From Candidatus Binatia bacterium (GTDB lineage: Bacteria > Desulfobacterota > Binatia > UBA9968 > JAJDTQ01), in the NCBI GenBank assembly GCA_963666515.2, contig OY762897.2, forward strand, positions 3,776,001 to 3,840,000: a DNA stretch of 64,000 nt. Reading direction: 5' to 3'. Shown here in pieces: positions 10,357 to 19,005 of the stretch (position 1 is its first letter; every line of letters begins with the position of its first letter). The notes below the pieces were generated by a model. That model made no database searches, had not been told where the DNA came from, and saw only the letters and a list, made by a program, of their open reading frames with translations. Position numbers and translations under genes: made by a program.

Positions 10357-11094
10357 ATGTCGAAGACCGCCGGCATCATCATCATCGGCAACGAGGTCCT
10401 CTCCGGCAAGACCCAGGACATCAATTCCACCTTCCTGTGCCGCGAGTTGCGGCTCCTGGGCGTCGACGTGCAGCGCGTCACGGTGATCCCGGACGACCGC
10501 GACCTCATCGGACGCACCGCGGCGCGCTTCTCGGCCAGATGGGACCTCGTCTTCACCACCGGCGGCGTCGGCCCGACCCACGACGACGTCACCATCGAAG
10601 GCATCGCCCAGGGCTTCGGGGTCGAGGCCGTCATCCACCCGCGCCTGGAACGCCGGCTATTGGAGCGCTACGGCGACGACCTGAATCCCGCGCGGCTGCG
10701 CATGGCCATGGTGCCGGAAGGAGCCGAGCTGCTGGGCGGCGAAGCCCTGTTCGCACCGGTGGTGCGGATGAAGAACGTCTACGTTTTCGCCGGCGTGCCC
10801 CGGATCCTCCAGGACCGCTTCAACGCCATCAAGGAACGTTTCCGCGAGGCCCCCTACCACCTCACGAACATCTACATCCGGGACGGCGAAGGCGCCATCG
10901 CCGGGACGCTGAACGACCTGCTGGAGCGCTTTCCCGAGATCATGCTGGGTTCCTATCCGGTGCTGGACAACCCGGACTACAAGGTGAAGGTGACGGTGGA
11001 ATCCAAGAGCGGCGAATACCTGGAGAAAGCGGTTACGTGTCTCCTGGAAAACCTTCCCGAATCAACCGTCCTGCGCATCGAAAGGGCTGACTAG
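10357..11094 (+). CDS. CinA-like molybdopterin-binding-fold protein (competence/damage-inducible protein A N-terminal family)
   Basis: IIIIGNEVLSGKTQDINS, TTGGVGPTHDDVT, FAGVP, GSYP; start MSKTAG at 10357. Confidence 0.85.
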   Translation: MSKTAGIIIIGNEVLSGKTQDINSTFLCRELRLLGVDVQRVTVIPDDRDLIGRTAARFSARWDLVFTTGGVGPTHDDVTIEGIAQGFGVEAVIHPRLERRLLERYGDDLNPARLRMAMVPEGAELLGGEALFAPVVRMKNVYVFAGVPRILQDRFNAIKERFREAPYHLTNIYIRDGEGAIAGTLNDLLERFPEIMLGSYPVLDNPDYKVKVTVESKSGEYLEKAVTCLLENLPESTVLRIERAD

Positions 11095-11537
11095 GACTTG
11101 GCGGCCGGGGCCTCCGCGAACCGCTCGCCGGTCTGGCTGCCGATCCAGATCTCGCCGCCCTCGTAGATCTCCTTCTTCCAGATGGGCACGCGCTTCTTCA
11201 GTTCGTCGATGGCATAGCGGCACGCCTTGAAGGCGTCGTCCCGGTGCGGCGCCGAGGCCGCGATGACCACGCTGGCCTCGCCGATGGGCACGTTGCCGAC
11301 GCGGTGCACGATGGCCATGCGGGTGATCTCCCACTTCCCGGCCGCCTCGTCCCCGAGCCTGGCCATCTCCTGCTCCGCCATCCCGGGGTAAGCTTCGTAG
11401 TCCAGCGAGCGAATGGAACGGCCCTCATTGTTGTCGCGGGTCGTGCCGATGAAGGTCGTCACCGCGCCGGCGCCGGGGTCGCCCACGAACACCAGCAACT
11501 CGTTCACGTCGATGGGTTTGTCGGTCAGCCTGTACAC
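11091..11537 (-). CDS. moaE: Molybdopterin synthase catalytic subunit
   Basis: GAVTTFIGTTR, LDYEAY, HRVG, ASAPHR, LKKRVPIWKKE. Confidence 0.95.
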   Translation of the reverse strand: MYRLTDKPIDVNELLVFVGDPGAGAVTTFIGTTRDNNEGRSIRSLDYEAYPGMAEQEMARLGDEAAGKWEITRMAIVHRVGNVPIGEASVVIAASAPHRDDAFKACRYAIDELKKRVPIWKKEIYEGGEIWIGSQTGERFAEAPAAKS

Positions 11538-11538
11538 G

Positions 11539-11784
11539 TCACCCTCCGCTCACCGGCGGTATGAAGGCGACCTCGTCGCCGTCGGCCAACTCGTGGTCCA
11601 GCGTCACGTATTCGCTGTTGACGGCGTAGAGCAGCTTCAACTGGACGCCGGCGAGTCCCGTGTACTCCCGCCGGAGCTTGTCCCAGAGTTCCTTCACCGT
11701 GGCCCCGTCGGGCACCTCGTGCCGTGCATCCGCGGTACCCGCCCGCTCCCGCAGCATGGCGAAGAGTTTGACCCTGACCTTCAT
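11539..11784 (-). CDS. moaD: Molybdopterin synthase sulfur carrier subunit
   Basis: VKLFAMLRE...AVN...DGDEVAFIPPVSGG C-terminus. Confidence 0.95.
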   Translation of the reverse strand: MKVRVKLFAMLRERAGTADARHEVPDGATVKELWDKLRREYTGLAGVQLKLLYAVNSEYVTLDHELADGDEVAFIPPVSGG

Positions 11785-12287
11785 AGTCCGCGGGCTTGCG
11801 CCACCATGTGGCCCAACTGCGGCAGCAGGAGGCCGGTCATGGCCAACTTCACCGCTCCGCTGGAACCCGGCACGGAAACCACGACACGGGAGCCCGCGGT
11901 GCCGGCGACGGCGCGGCTCAGCATGGCCGCCGAGCCGATTTCCTCGTAGCTGAGGAAACGGAACAGCTCGCCGAAACCGTCGATGCGCTTCTCCAGCACG
12001 TCGCTCACCACCTCGTAGGTCCCGTCCCTCGGCGCGACGCCCGTGCCGCCGTTCAGGATCACCGCGTCCACCGCTTCCTGGGCCAGGGCCTTGGCGATGA
12101 GAGCGCGGACGTCATCCGGCTCGTCCTTGACGATCTCGTAGCCGGCCACCGTGTGGCCGCTTTCCTCCAGGAGCTGCTTGATGGTGGCGCCGCTCCGGTC
12201 GGTGGCCTCGTCACGTGTGTCGCTCACGGTGATGACGAAGCAGGCTACGGTCTTGAGGCTTCTCTCGGTATGGGACTTCTCTGCCAT
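11781..12287 (-). CDS. moaB: Molybdenum cofactor biosynthesis protein B (MogA/MoaB family)
   Basis: ITVSDTR, DRSG, NGGTGVAPRDGT, GFGELFR, AMLSRA, VPGS. Confidence 0.92.
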   Translation of the reverse strand: MAEKSHTERSLKTVACFVITVSDTRDEATDRSGATIKQLLEESGHTVAGYEIVKDEPDDVRALIAKALAQEAVDAVILNGGTGVAPRDGTYEVVSDVLEKRIDGFGELFRFLSYEEIGSAAMLSRAVAGTAGSRVVVSVPGSSGAVKLAMTGLLLPQLGHMVAQARGL

Positions 12288-12296
12288 GATCGCTGA

Positions 12297-13403
12297 CTAG
12301 ATGCGCATCGGCATGACCACGTAAAGCAGGCTGTCGTCGCCGCCGCGCTTCAGCAGGGTGGGACTCTGGTCGTCCTTGAGCGCCATGCCGATCTGGTCCT
12401 CGCGTTCCAGGACGCCGAGAATCTCCAGCAGGTACTGGGCGTTGTAGCCGATGGCGAGCTGCTCGCCCTTGTACTCCACCTCCAGTTCCTCCGCCGCCTC
12501 TCCAAGGTCCGGGTTGTTGGCCGAGATGGCCATGCTTCCATCCTGCAACTCCACCCTGACGCCCCGGTAACGGTCGCTCGACAACAGTGATACCCGCCGC
12601 AACGCCCGGTAAAGGCTGTGTTGCGCCACGGTGGCCTCGCCGGTGTTGTCGCTCGGTATGACCTTGTCATAGTCCGGGAACTCGCCGTCGATCAACCGGA
12701 TCGACATTTCCACGTCCCCGGTCCAGACGAACACCATGTTGCCGCTGAAGCCCAGGGACACCGCCTCGTCCGCCGGGTCTTCCAGCAATCTGCGGAGTTC
12801 AGCCAGCCCCTTCCGCGGTACGATCACGCCCTTTTCGAGACCGAACGGGCCGATGTCCCGCTGTACCAGGGACAGCCTGTGACCGTCGGTGGTGACCATC
12901 CGCACGGATGACTCTCCCGACTCGTGCAGCAGCGCGCCGTTGAGGTTGGAGCGGGTCTCGTCCGAGGAGATGGAGAAGATCGTCTTGTCGATCATCTCCT
13001 TCAGGACCTGGGCCGGACACTCCTTCCGGTCGCTCTCCGCGTTTTCGGCGAACACCGGAAACTCCTGGGCGTCGAGGCCCACCATCTTGAACACGGACTT
13101 GCCGCTCTGAATCTCCACCCGGTCGTTGTCCAGGCGCTTCAGCTCGATCATTTCCTCCGACAGCTCGCGCACGATCTCGTAGAGCTTCCGGGCGTCCACG
13201 GTGACGCGGCCGGAGGTGACGATCTCGCCGCCGAGACTCGCTCGAACTCCCACTTCGAGGTCGGTCGCGGTGACGCGGACACGGTTCGCGTGGGTTTCGA
13301 TCAGGACGTTGGCAAGGATCGGCATGGTATTGCGCCGTTCCACCGTGCCCTGGATCCTGGACAACGCGTTCAGGAAGTCTTCGCGTCTGGTTCTGATCTC
13401 CAT
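12297..13403 (-). CDS. dnaN: DNA polymerase III beta clamp
   Basis: RNTMPILANVL, ATDLEV, TTDGHRL, RLIDGEFPDY, YVVMPMRI. Confidence 0.97.
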   Translation of the reverse strand: MEIRTRREDFLNALSRIQGTVERRNTMPILANVLIETHANRVRVTATDLEVGVRASLGGEIVTSGRVTVDARKLYEIVRELSEEMIELKRLDNDRVEIQSGKSVFKMVGLDAQEFPVFAENAESDRKECPAQVLKEMIDKTIFSISSDETRSNLNGALLHESGESSVRMVTTDGHRLSLVQRDIGPFGLEKGVIVPRKGLAELRRLLEDPADEAVSLGFSGNMVFVWTGDVEMSIRLIDGEFPDYDKVIPSDNTGEATVAQHSLYRALRRVSLLSSDRYRGVRVELQDGSMAISANNPDLGEAAEELEVEYKGEQLAIGYNAQYLLEILGVLEREDQIGMALKDDQSPTLLKRGGDDSLLYVVMPMRI

Positions 13404-13434
13404 GGGTCCTCCTGGATCACGAGCCCTTCTGTCT

Positions 13435-13640
13435 CTTTATTGAATTAATGGAAACAGGAGTAGTAGCAGGGCCTGTGAATATCGGGATAGGCGTCACAAC
13501 CTGCCGGTATTTAACCATCTTTCGGGTGGAAAAAAAATCACGGCCACGCGCGTTCTTCACAGGACGGGTTGCCGGGGGCCGGAGCGGTGTCAGGGTTTCA
13601 ACAGTCTGTGACGGTTTCTCCACAGCGTTTCCACGCGGTT
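13435..13640. other. Putative oriC unwinding region: AT-rich tract, DnaA-trios, GGCC spacer and DnaA boxes
   Basis: TTTATTGAATTAAT, then CAG-GAG-TAG-TAG-CAG (13455-13469), GGCC, TGTGAATAT (13474-13482); degenerate boxes GTTTCAACA, TTCTCCACA, GTTTCCACG at ~13595-13636; lies between dnaA and dnaN. Confidence 0.8.
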
Positions 13641-13644
13641 TTCC

Positions 13645-14955
13645 TCAGTTCTTGAGTTGGCGAACGATGCGGTCCATCGTGGCCTTGACGTAGGGGTCCG
13701 TCAAGGTCTTCTTCTCGATGGACTTCGATGCATGGATGACCGTGGAGTGGTCCCGGCCGCCGAACTCGGCGCCGATGGCCGGAAACGACGTGGATGTGTA
13801 CTTTCGGCACAGGTACATGGCCATCTGGCGCGCGAGGGCGACGTCCTTGGTGCGGCGCTTGGACTTGAGGTCGCTGATCTTGAGGTCGAAGTGATCGCAG
13901 ATCGCCTTCTGGATATTGCGCACGGTGACCTGTTTCTCGTTGTCCTTGAGGGTGTCGCGCAGCACCTCGGTGGCGAGGTCGATGGTCATGTCGGCCTTGG
14001 TCAGGGAGGCGAAAGCGCCGAGGCGGGTCAGCGAGCCCTCCAGTTCGCGCACGTTCGACCAGATGTTGGTGGCGAGGAAGTTGGCGACGTCCTGCGGCAG
14101 GTCGATTTCCTCCTCCTCGGCCTTCTTCATGAGAATGGCAATGCGGGTCTCGATGTCCGGCGGCTGGATGTCGGCGGTCAGGCCCCACTCGAAGCGGTTC
14201 CGCAGCCGGTCCTCCAGGTTGGGGATTTCCTTGGGGAAACGGTCTGACGTGATGATGATCTGCTTGTGGTTCTCGTACAGCGAGTTGAACGTGTGAAAGA
14301 ACTCCTCCTGGGTCCGCTCCTTGCCGGCGATGAACTGGATGTCGTCCAGGATCAGCACGTCGATGTTGCGGAAATGGTGCTTGAACTCGTTCATGCGGTC
14401 GCGGCGCAACGACCCGATGAGCTGGTTCATGAACGATTCGAAGGTGATGTACACCACCTTCTGATGCGGGTTCTGCTGGAGCAGCCGGTGCCCTACGGCG
14501 TTCACCAGATGGGTCTTGCCCAAGCCGACGCCGCCGTAGATGAACAGCGGGTTGTAGTGGTCCGCCGGCTTGCTGGCGACCGCCAGACAGGCGGCGTGGG
14601 CGAACTGGTTGCTCGCGCCGACGACGAAGTTCTCGAACGTGTAACGCGAGATCAGGGTCGATTCCGGTTCCCGTTTTCGCGGCTCGGGGCGTGCGCCCTC
14701 GCTCGCGTTCCGGGAGGCGGGGTTGACCAATATGGTGACGCGGACCGGCTTGTCGTGGTGACGGGAAACCTCGTCCTGGATGCACTCCAGGTAGTTATCG
14801 TTGAGCCAGTCGCGAAAGAGCGTGCTGGGCACCTCGATGGTGGCCGCTCCCTGCCTGACCTCGCTAACTCTCAGAGGTTTGATCCATGTCTGGAAATTGT
14901 GTAAGCCGATCCTTTCCTTGAGGCGATCCTGTATCTCACGCGGAAGCGGTTTCAT
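13645..14955 (-). CDS. dnaA: Chromosomal replication initiator DnaA
   Basis: YTFENFVVG, YNPLFIYGGVGLGKTHL, LILDDIQF, QEEFFHTFN, NVRELEG, GGRDHSTV; ATG 14955 preferred over TTG 15027. Confidence 0.97.
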   Translation of the reverse strand: MKPLPREIQDRLKERIGLHNFQTWIKPLRVSEVRQGAATIEVPSTLFRDWLNDNYLECIQDEVSRHHDKPVRVTILVNPASRNASEGARPEPRKREPESTLISRYTFENFVVGASNQFAHAACLAVASKPADHYNPLFIYGGVGLGKTHLVNAVGHRLLQQNPHQKVVYITFESFMNQLIGSLRRDRMNEFKHHFRNIDVLILDDIQFIAGKERTQEEFFHTFNSLYENHKQIIITSDRFPKEIPNLEDRLRNRFEWGLTADIQPPDIETRIAILMKKAEEEEIDLPQDVANFLATNIWSNVRELEGSLTRLGAFASLTKADMTIDLATEVLRDTLKDNEKQVTVRNIQKAICDHFDLKISDLKSKRRTKDVALARQMAMYLCRKYTSTSFPAIGAEFGGRDHSTVIHASKSIEKKTLTDPYVKATMDRIVRQLKN

Positions 14956-14995
14956 CTTTACATGACCCTCGTTCGAGCGCTTGCGCGGGCGTAGG

Positions 14996-15027
14996 TTATC
15001 AACAAAATTGTCAACAGTTGTGGACAA
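14996..15027. promoter_or_regulatory. Cluster of three DnaA boxes upstream of dnaA
   Basis: TTATCAACA (14996-15004), TTGTCAACA (15008-15016), TGTGGACAA (15019-15027) versus consensus TTATCCACA. Confidence 0.85.
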
Positions 15028-15208
15028 CCCGTCATCGTCCTGACCGTGGTTTCAAGCCGCACGAAGCCCGTCTTGCGCGCGCAAAGGTCCTGGTGACGGC
15101 GGCAAGTTTTCGCCCGGTCGAGCTTCTGAATGGGTCCAAGAAAAGGGGTTCTTGTAATGGTTTTCGGCGCGCATTGCAAGGACAAAAACAGACGGATTAT
15201 TTTCTGCA

Positions 15209-16507
15209 ATGAATTCCATGATATCGGCGTCGCCTGATCTCTTCGAGCGCTCGAAGCGGGTGGTGCCCGGGGGGGTCAACAGCCCCGTCCGGGCATGGGG
15301 GGCGGTCGGTGGCGAGCCTCTGTACGTCGCCCGCGGCGACGGTTCCAGGGTCTTCGACCGGGACGGCCGCAGCTACATCGACTATGTCTGCGCATGGGGC
15401 CCGTTGATCCTGGGGCATGCGCACCGGGCGGTGGTGGACGCGGTCGCCGGCGCGGCGCGCGAGGGCCTGGGGTTCGGCGCCCCGACGAGCGGGGAACTGG
15501 AGCTGGCGGAGTTGGTGAGCGAGCGGATCGGCGGCGTAGAGCAGTTGCGGCTGGTGAACTCGGGCACCGAAGCGACCATGAGCGCCCTGCGGGTGGCGCG
15601 CGGGTACACCGGCCGGAGCAAGGTCCTGAAGTTCGACGGCTGCTACCACGGGCACGCGGACGGCCTGCTGGCGAAGGCTGGCTCGGGCGTGGCCAGCTTT
15701 TCCTTGCCGGACAGCGCCGGGGTGCCGGAGAGCTTCACCTGCGAGACCCTGATCGCGGCCTTCAACGACGTGGATTCGGTACGGCGCGCGATCCGGGAGA
15801 ATCACGAGGATCTGGCGGCGGTGATCGTCGAGCCCGTGTGCGGCAACATGGGCGTGATCCCGCCGGAACCCGGCTTCCTGGAGTCGTTGAGGGAGCTTAC
15901 CGGCCGGTACGGCGTGGTGCTGATCTTCGACGAGGTGATCACCGGGTTCCGGGTGGCCCGGGGCGGCGCGCAGGAACGTTACGGCGTGGTCCCGGACCTC
16001 ACTTGCCTGGGCAAGATCCTGGGCGGCGGGCTGCCGGTGGGGGCGTTCGGCGGCCGACGGGACATCATGAGCTGCCTTGCGCCCGTGGGCCCGGTCTACC
16101 AGGCCGGCACGCTTTCCGGAAACCCCGTCACGGCGGCCGCGGGACTGGCTACACTGAAGGCCCTGGAGGGGCCGGGCGTGTACCGGGAACTGGAGGAGAA
16201 GGGGCGGAAGCTCGAGGAGGGGCTCAGGGGAGTGCTCGACCGCGGCCTGCGGGGCACGGTGAACCGGGTGGGCTCCATGTTGACCCTGTTTCTCGGCCCC
16301 GACCGGGTCGCCGGAGCGGACGATGCCCGGGCCTGCGACCGGGAACGCTTCGCCCGCTTCTTCCACGGCATGTTGGCGCGAGGCGTCTACCTTCCGCCCT
16401 CGCCGTTCGAGGCGCTGTTCGTGTCGCTGGCCCACGGCGAGGACGACATCGCGGCAACGGTGGAAGCCTTCGCGGACTGGGCCGCGGAAGAGTCCGCGCG
16501 GCGTTGA
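15209..16507 (+). CDS. hemL: Glutamate-1-semialdehyde 2,1-aminomutase
   Basis: PGGVNSPVRA, WGPLILGH, NSGTEAT, YHGHAD, FDEVITGFR, GKILGGGLP, YQAGTLSGNP. Confidence 0.97.
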   Translation: MNSMISASPDLFERSKRVVPGGVNSPVRAWGAVGGEPLYVARGDGSRVFDRDGRSYIDYVCAWGPLILGHAHRAVVDAVAGAAREGLGFGAPTSGELELAELVSERIGGVEQLRLVNSGTEATMSALRVARGYTGRSKVLKFDGCYHGHADGLLAKAGSGVASFSLPDSAGVPESFTCETLIAAFNDVDSVRRAIRENHEDLAAVIVEPVCGNMGVIPPEPGFLESLRELTGRYGVVLIFDEVITGFRVARGGAQERYGVVPDLTCLGKILGGGLPVGAFGGRRDIMSCLAPVGPVYQAGTLSGNPVTAAAGLATLKALEGPGVYRELEEKGRKLEEGLRGVLDRGLRGTVNRVGSMLTLFLGPDRVAGADDARACDRERFARFFHGMLARGVYLPPSPFEALFVSLAHGEDDIAATVEAFADWAAEESARR

Positions 16508-16542
16508 CCGGCCGTAGCCCGCATGTTAGAAAACCCTCCCCA

Positions 16543-16794
16543 GTGAGCAACGGAACCGAGGGCGGAGACGCATCGTCCCCAAAGAGTCCTTTTCTCTTTC
16601 GTGCCGCCAAGTACACGGCGGTGGGCTTTGAATTCCCCTCAACGGTCGGAGCCGGTCTGGTCCTGGGTTACTTCGCGGATCAGTACCTCGACACCTCCCC
16701 GTGGATGGTTCTGGTGCTGGGCCTGTCGGGGCTGGTGCTCGCTTTCTACCGGCTGGTGCTGCTGTTGCGGCACTTCTCGGCGGAGCGGAAATGA
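16543..16794 (+). CDS. atpZ: AtpZ/AtpI family small membrane protein
   Basis: YTAVGFEF...GLVLGYFADQYLDTSPW...GL; position before atpI/atpB; GTG start uncertain. Confidence 0.8.
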   Translation: MSNGTEGGDASSPKSPFLFRAAKYTAVGFEFPSTVGAGLVLGYFADQYLDTSPWMVLVLGLSGLVLAFYRLVLLLRHFSAERK

Positions 16795-17168
16795 GCTGGG
16801 AAGCTCAGGGTCTGCCGGTGTTCCGGGTGGAGCTGTGGCACGGGCTCCTGGTGCTGGCGTGCATGGCGCTGGCGCCGCTGGACTGGGTGGAGCCGGGCGG
16901 CCTGTTGCTGGGCGGCCTGTTCATGGGCGTCAACTTCCTGCTGCTGGCGGTGGGCGTCCGCTGGGTCATCGCCCCGTTCGCGAGCAAGGGCAGGGTGCGG
17001 GCAGGGGTCGCGTTGCTGATCCTGAAGTTCTGCTTCCTGCTGGGCGCTTCGTGGGTGCTGTTGACCCGCATCGCGCCGGACGCCCTGTCCTTTGCCCTGG
17101 GGGTCAACTGCCTGATCCTGGCGATCTTGTGGGATCGGCTCTACGATACGAAGTTGAGCAAAAGCTGA
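16791..17168 (+). CDS. atpI: ATP synthase subunit I
   Basis: Four hydrophobic segments, GGLFMGVNF, LILKF; directly upstream of atpB. Confidence 0.75.
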   Translation: MSWEAQGLPVFRVELWHGLLVLACMALAPLDWVEPGGLLLGGLFMGVNFLLLAVGVRWVIAPFASKGRVRAGVALLILKFCFLLGASWVLLTRIAPDALSFALGVNCLILAILWDRLYDTKLSKS

Positions 17169-17177
17169 GCAAGCACG

Positions 17178-17879
17178 ATGGGACATCATCCGTTTACCTG
17201 GTATGACCTGCTGCCCGCGGCCTTGCAAGGCGTGTTGCCGCTGCAGATCTTCTTCTCGGTGGTCAGCATGGTGCTGCTGGTCTGTCTGGCGCTGGGCGTC
17301 CGGCGCCGTCTGCGGGACACCCACAACGCGGTGATCCCCAGCGACCGCATCACGCTGGTGAACGTCTTCGAGCTGCTGATCGAGTTCGTCATGGGCTTGA
17401 GCGACAGCATTATCGGCCACAAGGGGCGGCAGTACCTCCCGCTCTACGGGACGTTCTTCATCTTCATCCTGCTGTCCAACTTCATCGGGCTGGTGCCGGG
17501 CTTCTCGCCCCCCACCAGCAATCTCAACATCACCCTGGGGATGGGGCTGATCTCGTTCGGCGCCTATCACTACTTCGGCATCCGGGAGCACGGCGGCGGC
17601 TACCTCAAGCAGTTCATGGGGCCGTTCCTGGTGATCGCTCCGCTGTTCTTCCTGATCGAGGTGTTCTCGCACATGTTCCGGCCGCTCACGCTGGGCCTGC
17701 GGCTGGCCTTCAACATGTTCGCCGACCACCTGGTGGTGGAAATCTTCACCGGCCTGACCTACGTGGTGATCCCGGTGCTGTTCTACCTCCTGGGGGCGCT
17801 GGTCTCGGTGATCCAGGCGTTCGTTTTCACCCTGTTGAGCATGATCTATGCATCCCTGGCGTTGAGCCATGATCATTGA
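17178..17879 (+). CDS. atpB: F0 ATP synthase subunit a
   Basis: SNFIGLVPG, PTSNLN, RPLTLGLRLAFNMFADH, IQAFVFTLL. Confidence 0.96.
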   Translation: MGHHPFTWYDLLPAALQGVLPLQIFFSVVSMVLLVCLALGVRRRLRDTHNAVIPSDRITLVNVFELLIEFVMGLSDSIIGHKGRQYLPLYGTFFIFILLSNFIGLVPGFSPPTSNLNITLGMGLISFGAYHYFGIREHGGGYLKQFMGPFLVIAPLFFLIEVFSHMFRPLTLGLRLAFNMFADHLVVEIFTGLTYVVIPVLFYLLGALVSVIQAFVFTLLSMIYASLALSHDH

Positions 17880-17954
17880 GCGCCGCGGCGGCATGCGGAG
17901 AGGATGATGAGGAGAGGCGGGCCGGCATCCGTAGCGCCGGAAAGGAGGAAACAG

Positions 17955-18281
17955 ATGACGCAACTCACAGCCTTCGTACTCACGGGACTCTTCGTGCTGA
18001 TCCTGTCGGGCGTGGCCGCTGCCGCGGACGCCGCTGCCGGCGGCTCGGCGAGCATGGTCCCGGGCATCGTTGCACTGGGCGCCGGCCTCGGCATCGCCAT
18101 CGCCGCGTTCGGCTGCGCGCTCGCGCAAGGCCGGGTGGGCGGCGCGGCCATGGAAAGCATCGGCCGCAACCCCAACTCCGCGGACAAGATCTTCACCCCG
18201 TTGATCCTGTCCCTGGCCCTCATCGAAGCGCTGGGCATCTACGCCCTGATCATCGCCTTCATCCTCGCGGGCAAGGTGTAG
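17955..18281 (+). CDS. atpE: F0 ATP synthase subunit c with N-terminal signal-like extension
   Basis: RBS AAGGAGG; GAGLGIAIAA, IGRNP, LALIEAL. Confidence 0.95.
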   Translation: MTQLTAFVLTGLFVLILSGVAAAADAAAGGSASMVPGIVALGAGLGIAIAAFGCALAQGRVGGAAMESIGRNPNSADKIFTPLILSLALIEALGIYALIIAFILAGKV

Positions 18282-18293
18282 TCGCGCCGCGGC

Positions 18294-18347
18294 GCGCAAA
18301 ACAAGGGCAGGGGCCGCTACTGGTGGCAGCCCCTGCCCTTTTTGCGC
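18294..18347. terminator. Bidirectional rho-independent terminator
   Basis: AAGGGCAGGGG/CCCCTGCCCTT stem flanked by A- and T-tracts between convergent atpE and deaminase genes. Confidence 0.8.
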
Positions 18348-18358
18348 AAATCCCCCAG

Positions 18359-18823
18359 TTACGGCATCGCCACCGGGTGCAGCCCGACACCCGTGTGCTC
18401 CAGGATGTCCGCGACGGTATCGAGCTTGTAGGGTTTCTCGTAGTAGATGTCGCCGATGCCGGTGTTCACCAGCACCTTGAGGCAGTGGATGCAGGGGGTG
18501 TGGGTGATGTAGATGGAGGCGTCCTTGATGCTGGCGCCGTTCTTGGCGGCTTGGGCGATGGCGTTGATCTCCGCGTGGATGGTGCGGAAGCAGTTCTGCT
18601 CGACCTCCCCGCCGGGGTTCCTGGACTCGTAGACCAGGCAGCCCACTTCCGTGCAATGGGGCATGCCCGCGGGCGAGCCGTTGTAGCCCGTGGCCAGGAT
18701 GCTCCGGTCCCGGACGATCACCGCGCCCACCTTGGCGCGGGTGCAGGTGGACCGTTCCGCCACCTGCCGGGTGATGGTCATGAAGTACTGGTCCCAGCTC
18801 AGCCGTTCGTCTTGAGTGCTCAC
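18359..18823 (-). CDS. dCMP deaminase (ComEB-like)
   Basis: SWDQYFM, RSTC, TGYNG, HAEINAI, PCIHC zinc motifs. Confidence 0.93.
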   Translation of the reverse strand: MSTQDERLSWDQYFMTITRQVAERSTCTRAKVGAVIVRDRSILATGYNGSPAGMPHCTEVGCLVYESRNPGGEVEQNCFRTIHAEINAIAQAAKNGASIKDASIYITHTPCIHCLKVLVNTGIGDIYYEKPYKLDTVADILEHTGVGLHPVAMP

Positions 18824-18905
18824 CGCGGTGACCTTTCGTTCAGCCCCGTCAGTATTCGAGGGGGCACTATACCATGCAGCCTCTTCGTATCGCGGCGCCC
18901 TGCGT

Positions 18906-19005
18906 CGTCATTCCGGCGAAAGCCGGAATCCAGGACGGGCGGGGCGGGGAATCACTCTCGTCTGCCCCTCCCCACCCCTGGATTCCGGCTTTCGCCGGAA
19001 TGACG
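18906..19005. repeat. Palindromic repeat family A, two-arm element (100 bp)
   Basis: CGTCATTCCGGCGAAAGCCGGAATCCAG...CTGGATTCCGGCTTTCGCCGGAATGACG. Confidence 0.92.

Noticed and set aside
14956-15027. dnaA N-terminal extension from TTG 15027
   Set aside because: It overlaps the DnaA-box cluster and adds non-conserved residues; ATG 14955 is more plausible.
15018-15212. Possible rpmH divergent from dnaA
   Set aside because: The translation lacks the MKRTxQP...HGF signature.
17955-18281. Na+-coupled ATP synthase
   Set aside because: The c subunit has Q and E but reads EAL rather than the ES/T Na+-binding signature.
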